Shown piece after piece: positions 33,387 through 45,655 of a stretch of 64,000 nucleotides of DNA. The position numbers were made by a program, and so were the translations under genes. Each line of letters begins with the position of its first letter. Positions within the stretch are counted from its first letter, which is position 1. Source of the stretch: Anaeramoeba ignava BMAN (Eukaryota; Protista; Anaeramoebae). Location of the stretch: the NCBI GenBank assembly GCA_028826165.1, contig JAPDFW010000044.1, positions 186,001 to 250,000 on the forward strand, in the 5' to 3' direction. Below the pieces are notes generated by a model, which saw nothing but the letters and a program-made list of their open reading frames with translations, was not told the DNA's origin and made no database searches.

Positions 33387-36300
33387 ATGACAGATCAAGT
33401 AATAAAAAATTAAATTAAAAATTAAAAATATAAATTAAAAATTTATCCACTTTTTCCTTTTATTAATTTATTAATTTTAATTTTTCGATATTTTAATTTT
33501 AATTTTTCGATATTTTAATTTTATTTTTATTTTTTTATTTAGAAAGAAAAAGTTGAAATGGATGTCGATGAATCACTTTATTCAAGACAATTACTTATGC
33601 TTGGAAAAGAAGCAATGCAAAAAATGGCAGAAGCAAAAATTCTTTTAGTTGGAATGAGTGGATTAGGAGTTGAAATTGGTAAATAATTTATTTAATAATT
33701 TATTTATTTTAATAATTTATTTTTATTTTTCCTTTTTTTCTTTTTTTTTTAAATTTATTTAGCTAAAAATATTATTCTTGCTGGTGTTCAACAAGTTGCT
33801 ATTTTAGATCCAGAAACAATTGAACTTAATGATCTTTCTGCTCAAGTAATTTATCTTTAAAATTTAAATTAAAATTAAAATATAAATCAAAATTAAAATT
33901 AAAATATAAATTAAAATCAAAATTAAAATTATATTTAAAATTAAAATTAAAAATAAAATTAAAATTAAAATTATAATTTAAAATCAAAATCAAAATCAAA
34001 ATTAAAATTAAAATATAAATTAAAATATAAATTAAAATTTAAATTAAAATTTAAAATTAAAATCAAAAATTAAAATTAAAATTTAAAATCAAAATTAAAA
34101 TTAAAATATAAATTAAAATATAAATTAAAATTTAAATTAAAATTTAAAATTAAAATCAAAATTAAAATTAAAATTTAAAATTAAAATTAAAATCAAAATT
34201 AAAATTTAAAATTAAAAATTATAATCAAAATTAAAATTAAAATTAAAATTAAAATTAAAATTAAAATTAAAAATTAAAATTAAAATTAAAATTAAAATTA
34301 AAATTAAAATTCAAATTCAAATTAAAATTAAAATTAAAATTAAAATTAAAATTAAAATTAAAATTAAAATTAAAATTAAAATTAAAATTAAAATTAAAAT
34401 TAAATTTAAATTTAAAATTAAAATTAAAATTAAAATTAAAATTAAAATTAAAATTAAAATCAAAATCAAAATTAAAATCAAAATTAAATCAAAATTATAA
34501 ATTAAAATTAAAAATTATAATTAAAATTAAATTGTTTTCTTTTTAAAAAAGTTCTTTTTTACTAAAGAAGATATTGGAAAAAATCGAGCTGAAGTTTCAT
34601 GTCCTAAATTAAAAGAATTGAATGAATATGTTAAAGTAGAATGTGTTTCAAATAAACTTAATGAAGAATTTATTAAGAATTATACAGTTGTAGTTCTTTG
34701 TTCTCAAAGATCACTTTCAGAAATTCTTGAAATTGGAGAAATTTGTCATCGTAATAAAATTAAATTTATTGTTACTGATACAATGGGTGTTTTTGGATTT
34801 TGCTTTAATGATTTTGGTGAAAAATTTGTTGTTGTTGATCAAAGAGGAGAACCTCCTTTAACAACTATGATTGGAGAAATTACAAAAGTAAAAATAAAAT
34901 TAAAATTAAAATTAATATTAAAATTAAAATTAAAATTAAAATTAAAATTAAAATTAAAATTAAAATTATAATTAAAATTAAAATTAATATTAAAATTAAA
35001 ATTAAAATTATAATTAAAATTATAATTAAAATTAATATTAAAATTAAAATTAAAATTAAAATTAAAAATTAAAATTATAATTAAAATTAAAAATTAAAAT
35101 TAAAAATTAAAATTAAAATTAAAATTAAAAATAAAATTAAAATTAAAATTATAATTTAAAATTAAAATTAAAATTAAAATTAAAATTAAAAATTAAAATT
35201 TAAAAATTAAAATTAAAATTAAAATTAAAAATTAAAAATTAAAATTAAAATTCAAATTCAAATTAAAATTAAAATTAAAATTAAAATTAAAATTAAAATT
35301 AAAAATTTTAAATTAAAATTAAAATTAAAATTAAAATTTAAAATTAAAATTAAAATTAAAATTAATATTAAAATTAAAATTCAAAATTAAAATTAAAATT
35401 AAAAATTAAAATTAAAATTAAAATTAAAATTAAAATTAAAATTAAAATTAAAATTAAAAATTAAAATTAAAATTAAATTTAAAATCAAAATTAAAATTAA
35501 AAATTAAAATTAAAAATTAAAATTAAAAATTAAAATTAAAATTAAAATTAAAAATCAAATTAAAATTAAAATATAAATTAAAATTAAAATATAAATTAAA
35601 ATTAAAATTAAAATTAAAATTAAAATTAAAATTAAAAATAAAATTAAAATTAAAATTAAAATTAAAATTAAAATTAAAATTAAAATTAAAATTAAAATTA
35701 AAATTAAAATTAAAATTAAAATTAAAATTAAAATTAAAATTAAAATTAAAATTAAAATTAAAATTAAAATTAAAATTAAAATTAAAATCAAAATTAAAAT
35801 TAAAATCAAAATAAAAATTAAAATTAAAATTAAAATTAATATTCAAATTAAAATCAAAATTAAAATTAAAATTAAAATTAAAATTAAAATTAAAATTAAA
35901 ATTAAAAATTAAAATTAAAATTAAAATTAAAATTAAAATTAAAATTTAAAAATCAAATTAAAATCATTTTCTTTTTAAAAAAATATAGGAAAAAAACGGA
36001 AGAGTTACAAATAATTATGCATCAAGACATGGATTTGAAACAGGTAAAAAAATAAATTTAAAAAAATAAATTTAAAAAAATAAATTTAAATAAATTAAAT
36101 TTAAAAAAATAAATTTAAAAATAAATTAAAATAAAAAATTTAAAAATTTTATTAAAAAGGGGATCATGTAATATTCAGTGAAATACCAGGAATGACCGAA
36201 CTAAACGGACAAATCCGAGAAATCACAGTTGAAAACCCATTTGAATTTACAATAGGAGATACATCAAACTACGGAGATTACACATTTGAAGGATCAGGAG

Positions 36301-38795
36301 GATATGCAACACAAGTATTTGTTCCAAAAGAATTTGATTTCAAATCAATTCAAGAATCCATAATTGATCCAGAATTTTTCATTTCGGATTCAGCAAAAGA
36401 AGAACGACCAATTCAACTTCATATTGCAATCCAAGCCATTTATAAATATATGGAGGAAAAGAAATTAAAAAGACTCGATCCTCATGATGAAAAGGCTGTT
36501 GAGGAAATATTTAAAATTATCGAGACAATTCCAAAACCAAAACCAAAAGAAGAAGAAAAAAAAGAAGAAGAAAAAATTGAAGAAAAAAAAGAAGATGAAA
36601 AAGAAGATGAAAAAGTTGAAGAAAAAAAAACGGAAATGGAAATACAAAAAGAAGAAGAAGAAAAAAAGAAAAAAGAAGAAGAGGAAAAAAAGAAAAAAGA
36701 AGAAGAGGAAAAAATCAAAAAAGAAGAAGAAGAAAAAAAGAAACAAGACGAAAAGGATCTTATAACTTCACTTGTGTATTCTTTCACAGGAGAGCTCTCG
36801 CCAATGTGCGCATTTTTTGGAGGAGTAATTGGACAAGAAGTAATCAAAGCATGCTCTGGAAAATACACGCCAATTCAGCAATGGATGTATTATGATGCGA
36901 CTGAATGTTTACCAAAGGATTATTTAAAAATGCCAAAGGAAGAATTTATTCCGAAAACGGCAACAAGATATGCAACACAAATATCGGTTTTGGGGAATAA
37001 AGTGAATGATGCTGTTTTGAACCAGCGTTATTTCATGATTGGCGCTGGCGCCATTGGATGTGAAATGCTCAAAAATTGGGCAATGATGGGTCTTGGAAGT
37101 GGAAAAGATGGATATATTCATTTAACAGACATGGACACTATTGAACGATCTAATTTAAACAGACAATTCTTGTTCCGACCTTGGGACATCCAGAAATTAA
37201 AGGCGGAAGTTGCCACAAATGCTGCTAAAAAAATGAATCCCGAAATGAAAATCATGCCACATTCAGATAAAGTGGGGAAGGATACCGAAGAAATTTACGA
37301 TGATGAGTTCTTCGAATCCTTGACTGGCGTGTGCAACGCACTTGATAATATCCAAGCAAGACAATATGTCGATCAAAGATGTGTTTTCTACGGAAAATCT
37401 CTTCTTGAATCAGGAACTCTCGGACCAAAAGGAAACGTACAAGTTGTTCTTCCAAATAAAACCCTCTCTTATTCCGATATTGTGGATCCCCCAGAAGCAT
37501 CTATTCCACAATGCACTCTGCATAACTTCCCCAACAAAATCGACCATACAATCCAATGGTCTCGGGATATGTTTGAAGGACTTTTCCACAACAGACCAAA
37601 AAACATGGACTCGTTTATTCACGAGAAGGATTTCATTGAAAATCTCCAGAAACAACCCACTCAAGTAGGCATCGAGACTTTGGATCAATTGATGCAAGAC
37701 TTAATCTCAAAGAGACCCGAAACATTCGAGCAATGTGTCGAATGGGCTCGTAATCTTTTCGAGGAATTCTTCTACAACACAATTGTGCAATTACTTTTTA
37801 CTTTCCCAAAAGATGCGCAAAATTCCCGAGGAGAACCATTCTGGCATGGCGATAAAAGACCTCCAAATGAAATCAAATTCGACATGAACAACGAAATCCA
37901 TCTTGATTTCATTATCAGTGCGGCAAATTTACGCGCACAAATCTACGGAATTAAGGAAGAACGAGATGCTGAGAAAATCAAACAAATTCTCCCCAACTGC
38001 ACAGTTCCCAAATTTACTCCGCGTTCAGGATTCAAGGCACAAACAGACGACAACGGAGAAGTTGTGGATGTTATTGATGAAGCATTAGAAGACGACACAC
38101 ATTTCGAAACACTTTTAAAACAACTTCCCGAACCAGAAAAATTTGCAGATCAGCATTTCAAGATCCACAAATTCGAGAAAGACGACGACACAAACTTCCA
38201 CATCGACTTCATCACCGCAGCATCAAATCTGCGCGCCATTAACTACAGTATTGAGCCAGCAGATCGTCTACGAACAAAAGCAATTGCGGGTAAAATTATT
38301 CCCGCAATCGCCACAACAACAGCCTGTGTTACTGGGCTTGTTTGTTTGGAACTTTACAAGCTTGTGCAAACAGATAAAGAGCTCGATGACTTCAAAGACG
38401 GTTTTCTTAATCTCGCTCTCCCCTTCTTTGGCTTCTCAACACCAAATCCTCCATTTACTACCAAAATGGGAAATCGTGATTATGAATTTTCAAATTGGGA
38501 CCAAATTAGAGTCAAAGGCGATCTTACTATTCAGGAACTTGAAGACTATACAATTAAAAATCACAAGCTTTCTATCTCAATGATTAATGTTGGAAATTCT
38601 TTGATTTATAATTCTTTTAATCCTAAAGTTGCTGCTGAAAGAAAACCAAAGAAAATTACTGAATTATGTGAATCAATTGCTAAAATTAAGATTTCAAAAA
38701 AGAGAAAATATTTACCTTTAACTGTGATGTTTGATGATTCAGAAACTGATGAATCAGTTGATGCTCCAATTGTCACTTTGGTTTTACGAGATTAA
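33387..38795 (+). CDS. UBA1: Ubiquitin-activating enzyme E1. Exons 33387-33398, 33543-33678, 33763-33845, 34552-34887, 35989-36043, 36160-38795
   Basis: [54 protein letters not shown], catalytic [23 protein letters not shown] and [14 protein letters not shown]. Confidence 0.97.
33846..35988 (+). repeat. Two (AAAATT)n-filled introns of UBA1 (33846-34551, 34888-35988)
   Basis: GT..AG boundaries flanking hexamer arrays. Confidence 0.9.
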
Positions 38796-39200
38796 ATCAA
38801 AATTTAATTCAATTTAAAATCAAAATTTAATTCAATTTAAAATCAATTTAATTCAATTTAATTCAATTTAATTCAAAATTTAATTCAATCTAATTCAATT
38901 TAAAATCTAATTTAAAATCTAATTCAAAATTTAATTCAATCTAATTCAATTTAAAATCTAATTTAAAATCTAATTCAAAATTTAATTCAATTTAATTCAA
39001 ATCAAAATTTAATTCAATTTAATTCAAAATTTAATTCAATTTAAAATCAATTTAATTCAATTTAATTCAATTCAAAATTTAATTCAAAATTTAATTCAAT
39101 TTAATTCAATTTAATTCAATTTAAAACCTAATTCAATTTAATTCAATTTAATTCAAAATTTAAAACAAAATTTAATTCAATTTAATTCAATTTAAATCAA
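38796..39200. repeat. Degenerate ~10-bp (aatttaattc)n repeat between convergent genes
   Basis: Direct reading. Confidence 0.75.
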
Positions 39201-39292
39201 AAGAATTTTTTTCCTTAATTTCAAAAAAAAAAACAACAAAATTTCTTCAAATTAAATTTCAAACAAAATTCTATTTTCTATTTTCTATTTTT

Positions 39293-41349
39293 TTATTTAT
39301 TTTTCTTTTCTTTCTTTTCTTCTTCTTTTAATAATTTCCAAATTATTATTGTTGTTATTAAAAATATTATTATTCCACTTAAAATTATAAATAATTTTTC
39401 ATTATCATTAATTATTAAAATTATCTTTTCAAAAATTGTCATATTTCTTCTTCTTTCTTCTTCAATTTCTTTCTGTTTTTTTATAAAATTTTTTAATTGA
39501 AGAAAATGTTTTGTTTTCCAAGTTTCATTTGCAAAATTAAAAACATTTTCAAAATCATTTGAATAAGTAAGAATAATATTATCAAACATAACATTTGGAG
39601 CAGAAGCCCAACCTTCAATTCCAATTCCAGAAATATTTCTAAACTTGAAATTATTTTGATTTTGATTTTGATTTTGATTTTGATTTTCATTTTCATTTTC
39701 ATTTTCATTTTGATTTTGATTTTGATTTTGATTTAAATTTTGATTTTGATTTTGATTTTGATTTTGATTTTGAAATTTTTTGATTTTGATTTTCTAATTG
39801 ATTTTCATTTTCATTTTGATTTTTGATTTTTGATTTTGATTTTTTTTCATTTAAATTTTGATTTAAATTTTGATTTTCATTTTGATTTTGATTTTCAAAT
39901 TGATTTTTTTTATTTTCATTTTGATTTTTTGATTTTTATATTTTGATTTTTGATTTTCATTTTGATTTAAATTTTGATTTAAATTTTGATTTTGATTTTG
40001 ATTTTGATTTTCATTTTGATTTTGAATTTTGATTTTGATTTTGATTTTGATTTTGATTTTGATTTTGATTTTCAAATTGATTTTGATTTTGATTTTGATT
40101 TTGATTTTCAAATTGATTTTGATTTTGATTTTTATTTTGATTTTCAAATTGATTTTGATTTTGATTTTGATTTTGATTTTGATTTTGATTTTGATTTTTT
40201 GATTTTGATTTTTATTTTCAAATTTGATTTTGATTTTCATTTTGATTTTGATTTTGATTTTGATTTTGATTTTGATTTTCAATTTGATTTTGATTTTGAT
40301 TTTGATTTTGATTTTGATTTTGATTTTGATTTTGATTTTGATTTTGATTTCTATTGATTTTGATTTTTATTTTGATTTTGATTTTGATTTTGATTTTGAT
40401 TTTGAATTTTATTTTGATTTTGATTTTGATTTTCTAATTGATTTTCAATTATTTTACTTGAAAAAAGTTGATTTGAAAATAAATTCCCTTCTAATATTTT
40501 TTTCATATCAAGAAATATTTTGAAATTTGCATCTTTTTCAATCAATAAAGTAAATAAATGTGTAATTTTATTAAGAGTAATCGGAAGAACTTGAATTAAT
40601 TCTCTTCTTTCAATTCTTTTTGTTTCTTGATCTTCAAAAAAAACAATAAATTTGATATGATTAAGGAAAAATCCACAAATTTCTGCTCCAAAAATTATAG
40701 AGAGATCTGTTTCATTATCAAAAAGTGATTCTTGGAAATTTATTGAAGAAGGAAAGGATAAATATCCTCCAATACATTCAATTGGTTCTTGAAATCTAAT
40801 TTCATATTGAATAATAATTCCTTCCTTTTCTAAATCAAAAATTTTTGGTAATTTTGTTGAAATTGCGTGAAATGTTGAATAGCTTTTGAGAACAAGTCCC
40901 AAATCATCTGGAACTTCATATGGTTCTTTTGGTAATTCAATTTTCCATTTTGTTTTGTATTTGGATTTTTGACTTGAAATCCATTTATTATTTGGAAAAT
41001 TTTCAAATGTTTCAAGGAAGAAAAAATTTTGATTTAAATTTTGATGAAATTTCTTAAAGTTTTCTTTTAGAATTTGGTCTAAATTTTTAGTTAAATTTTG
41101 ATTTGAATTTTGATTTAAATTTTGATTTAAATTTTGATTTGAATTTTGATTTGAATTTTGATTTGAATTTTGATTTGAATTTTGATTTAAATTTTGATTT
41201 GAATTTTGATTTGAATTTTGATTTGAATTTTGATTTAAATTTTGATTTGAATTTTGATTTGAATTTTGATTTGAATTTTGTTGTAAATTTTGTTGTAAAT
41301 TAAAGTGAAATAAAAAAAGAAGAAGAATTAAATAATAAATTATTTTCAT
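39293..41349 (-). CDS. Calnexin-like protein lacking the P-domain (signal peptide, NQNS repeat, globular lectin-like domain, TM, basic tail)
   Basis: FLETF..KW..KWKIE, DLGLVLK..HAIS, IQYEIRFQEPIECIGGYL, IFGAEICG and HLFTL. After an NQ microsatellite it resumes ISGIGIEGWASAPNVMFDNIIL, then TM and KKEKKNK*. The stretch 39650-40450 may be an intron or an error-ridden poly-NQ exon. Confidence 0.7.
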
Positions 41350-41500
41350 TTCAAAAATGAAAAAATGAAAAAATGAAAAAATGAAAAATGAAAAATGAAA
41401 AAATGAAAAAATTAATTTTGAATTCTAATAAAATTTTAGTAAAATTTCATTTCAAAAAAAAAAAGAAAAAAAGAATTTAAAACAAAACAATTTGATCTAA

Positions 41501-44500
41501 TTAATATTTTTCATTTAAATTTTTTGGATCATTAAAACTTGAATATCTTGAATCAATAATTAAAGCAATTTTAGGAGGAGTTTGATATTTTATTGAGAAA
41601 TCAGCCAAATGCAAAAAGAAACTTTTTTCAACATTAACAAGAAAATTAAGTAAAAGGGATAAAATTTGTTGAGAACTTTCTCCAAAATCTCTTGAATAAA
41701 TATTAAATAAATAAGGTAAAGTGACTTGAAATTTTTCATGATCAATTTCTATTTTTTGAGTAATAAAAGAATGAGCAAGATATTTCAATTCTTGTTCCAA
41801 AGCTTCGGGATAAAAAACACGCAAAGGAAGACCTGAATCAATAAATGATAAAACTCCAAAATGAAGTAAAAAATCTGGAGCAATTATATTTTTAAATTTT
41901 CTATCATTTGGTTTAATATATTTATTTTCTCTTCCTTTTTTATCTCGATTTCCTCGAAGAATTCCGTTAAAAATATCATTTAATGAAAATTCTATTCCTT
42001 GAATTTGATATTTTGATCCATAAAGAAATTTTTTATATGATGATCGATCTTGTGGAATTCCTTTTGTTATTAATGCATGTAAATATAAGCAATTATAGAT
42101 ATTAAGAAAGAATGCTTTTTTCATTGGAGTTGTTTTCAATTCTTTCATTTTGATCTTTAATTTTAATTTTAATTTTAATTTTAATTTTAATTTTAATTTT
42201 AATTTTAATTTTAAATTTTAATTTTAATTTTAATTTTAATTTTAATTTTAATTTGAATTTTAATTTTCAAAATAAACCTTTTGTAATTCAGAAGTAAATA
42301 ATACAAATCTTCGAAATGGAATAGAATTTGAAATTAATTCAGTTTCAATTCTATTATTTGTTACAGAAACATAAGAATTACACAAATCAATTAAACAAGT
42401 TATTAAAAATTCTGATAAAATATTAGGATTTCTAGGTTTTCCTTGAAATTTATGACCCATATTTAAACTTGAAAGATTTGGAGGAGTAAAAGATAAAGTT
42501 GCCTTTAAATTTTTAAATTTGATTTGATTTTATTAATTTGATTTTATTTTATAAATTTGATTTGATTTTATAAATTTGATTTTATTTTATAAATTTGATT
42601 TTAAATTTATAAATTTGATTTGATTTTAAATTTGATTTTAAATTTGATTTTAAATTGATTTTATAAATTTGATTTTTTCAATTGAATTTTTACTTGTTTA
42701 ACAGAAGAAAATAATCCATAATTTCGACCTGCTGAAAGTCTAGTCATTAAATCTTGATATAATGGTGAATATTTAAATGAATCAAATGAATTTTGATCCA
42801 TTAAAGTAAAAATTATCCTTTGAGCCTTTTTTTGATTTTTAATTTTGATTTTTAATTTGATTTTTAATTTTGATTTTTAATTTGATTTTTAATTTGATTT
42901 TTAATTTGGATTTTAATTTGATTTTTAATTTGGATTTTAATTTGATTTTAATTTTGATTTTAAATTTGATTTTTAATTTGATTTTTAATTTGATTTTAAT
43001 TTGATTTTAATTTGATTTTTAATTTTAATTTGGATTTTAATTTTGATTTTTAATTTGATTTTTAATTTGATTTTTTTACTCGATCAAACATTTCACGAGA
43101 AAATTCTTTTTTTTCAACTTTTTCTGAAATTTCATTTCTTGTTTTGGAATCAATATTAATTTCAAAAATAGAATTTGTTTTTACAAATTTTTCATAAATA
43201 TTTCTTGCTTGTCTTTCTAATTTCTAAAAAGAAGAAAAAATAAATTAAATACAAATCAAATCAAATCAATTGATTTCAAATCAATTTTTACATTATTATC
43301 AGTTTGTTTTTGAAAATCAAGTATTTCAAGATAAAACATAATGTTTTCTTGATTATATTGTTGTCGAAGAAATTCTTTAAAAAAATCAACAGCAAAAGGA
43401 ACTTTGAAAATATCGGATAAATTTTCAAAATCTGTAACTTCACTTTCTGATCTTCTTGGTGATATTAAACTTTCACTTTCACTTTCAGTTTGAGAATAAA
43501 TTTGATTTTGACTTTTACTTTGATTTTTATATTGATTTGGAATTTTGATTTGAATTTGATTTGGAATTTGAATTGGATTTGGAGCTTGAATTGGGTTTTC
43601 ATTTTCATTTAAACTGTGATTTTTAGTTGGATTTAAATTTGAAATTGAATTTGAATTTTGATTTGAGTTTAAATTTAATGTTGGATTTGAAAGACTTGAA
43701 GTTCTTCTTAGAGAAATTCTAAAATTTTAATTTTAAATTTTAATTTTAATTTTTAATTTTGATTTTAATTTTAATTTTGATTTTAATTTTAATTTTAATT
43801 TTAATTTTTATTTTAATTTTAATTTTAATTTTAATTTTAATTTTAATTTTAATTTTATAAATGAATTTTAATTTTTAATTTTAATTTTAATTTTAATTTT
43901 AATTTTAATTTTAATTTTAATTTTAATTTTAATTTTAATTTTGATTTTAATTTTAATTTTAATTTTAATATTAATTTTAATTTTAATTTTAATTTTAATT
44001 TTAATATTAATATTAATTTTAATTTTAATTAAATACCCTTTTAAAGAACTTGTATCTATATTTCTATCAATATTAGTTAATGTTTCTTTTAATGTTGATT
44101 GATCTCTTGAAAGAAGTGGACTTACTGTCATACTTCTTTCAAAATATTTTGCTGATCTTTTAAATTCTTCTAAAGTTAAATCCTAAATAGAATTTTAATT
44201 TTAATTTTAATTTTAATTTTAATTTTAATTTAAATTTTAATTTTGAAATGAATTTAAATTTTGAAATGAATTTTAATTTTAATTTTAAATTTAATTTAAA
44301 TTTTAATTTTGAAATGAATTTTAATTTTGATTTTAATTTTAATTTTAATTTTAATTTTAATTTTAAATTTTAATTTTAATTTTAATTTTAATTTGAATTT
44401 TGAAATGAATTTGAATTTTTAATATTATAAATGAATTAAATTTTTAAATTGAATTATTGAATTTTATAAATGAATTGCTTTAGAATTTTACATCAAAATC

Positions 44501-45253
44501 AGAAAAATCAGAAATTTCAGAAGTATTATCATCATCATTCCCAGTATTTGTACTTTGGGGGGAATTTTGAAAACGAGCTAATCGAAGTTCTTTATATTCA
44601 TTTCTTAAAGAACGATTTTCATTCATTTTTTCAGCTAATTGAATTCTTAAAGCAATTACTTTCTCTTGAATTGCAAAAAAACCTCTTGATTCTTTGTGTT
44701 TAAGCCTGTTATTCTTATCAAAAAGTAATTTTTTTAAATGGAAATTTTTCTCCTTTTTTTCCTTCATTAAATATAATAATTTCTCATTTGATTTGTCTTT
44801 AATATCCTTTCGAATGTTTTGAACAGAATTTTTAAGCGAAATCAAAAGAGAATTCTTATTAAAATTATCAATCAAAAGAGTTTTAATTTTTTCTTGAAGA
44901 GAAATAACGTCTTCTTCTTTTGGTTCAATTGAATCAAATTTAAAATCAATGATGCGTTGTAAAATTTCATTTGCCATTTCAAGTTCTTGTTTTTGTTTTT
45001 CAGGAGAAATTATTTGTTCTCCTCTTAATTTAGATTGTTTTATTTCCTCTTCTACTTGTTCTTCTAATGTTTTTATTAAACTTCTTAAACGATTTGTTTC
45101 ATTTGTTGTTTGTTTAAATTCATTTTGTGCTTCTTCTATTTTGTTTTTTAATTTCCCACTTTTATTTTCGGATTTTATAAGCTCTTCTTTTTTTTCAATT
45201 AATTTTTCATATTTTTGTTTTAAATTAGTTATTTTTTGTTCTAATTGATTCAT
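41501..45253 (-). CDS. Coiled-coil + RGS domain + DUF547 protein (7 exons, GT-AG introns)
   Basis: Spliced RGS domain at ~43430-42760: FAVDFFKEFLRQQYNQENIMFYLEI..ARNIYEKFVKTNSIFEINID..MFDRAQRIIFTLMDQNSFDSFKYS. DUF547-like: AFFLNIYNCLYLHA..FSLNDIFNGILRGN..LHF. Confidence 0.75.
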
Positions 45254-45332
45254 TTTTAAAAGAAAAAAGAAAAAAAAAGAAAAAAATGAAAAAAAAAAGA
45301 AGAAAAAAAAGAAGAAAAAAAATTTTAATTTA

Positions 45333-45455
45333 ATTGGGCATAAAAAATAAAATATAAATTTTTTGCCCAAATAAATTAAAAAAAAATAAATAAAAAAAAA
45401 TTTAATTGAGGGCAAAATTAAAATTTATTTATTTGCCCACTTTATCTTGCCCACA
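45333..45455. promoter_or_regulatory. Cluster of five TGCCC/GGGCA motifs in a divergent intergenic region
   Basis: tgggca 45335, tgccca 45364, gggca 45410, tgccca 45434 and 45448 in an almost GC-free background. Confidence 0.5.
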
Positions 45456-45655
45456 ATTTAAAAAAAATTTATTTTTTAAACTATTAAAAAAAAAATATTT
45501 TTTTTTATTTTTTTCTTTTTGGTTTCTGTTAAAAAATTTAAAAAAAAAAAGCAAAAAAAAAAACCTTATTTAAAAAATTTTGGAATTAAAATTAAAAAAA
45601 AAACTTTCTTATTCTATTATTTTTTCTTTTTAATTAAATTAATTAAGATAAATTA

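Noticed and set aside
36192-38795. Intein in UBA1 or other enzymes
   Set aside because: The only insertion is low-complexity K/E. I saw no C/S...HN-C/S/T splice motifs or LAGLIDADG blocks in any ORF.
21901-38795. A functional ubiquitin gene cluster (BTB adaptors near UBA1)
   Set aside because: The genes are separated by an unrelated importin, and BTB genes appear to be an expanded family, so proximity to E1 is plausibly chance.
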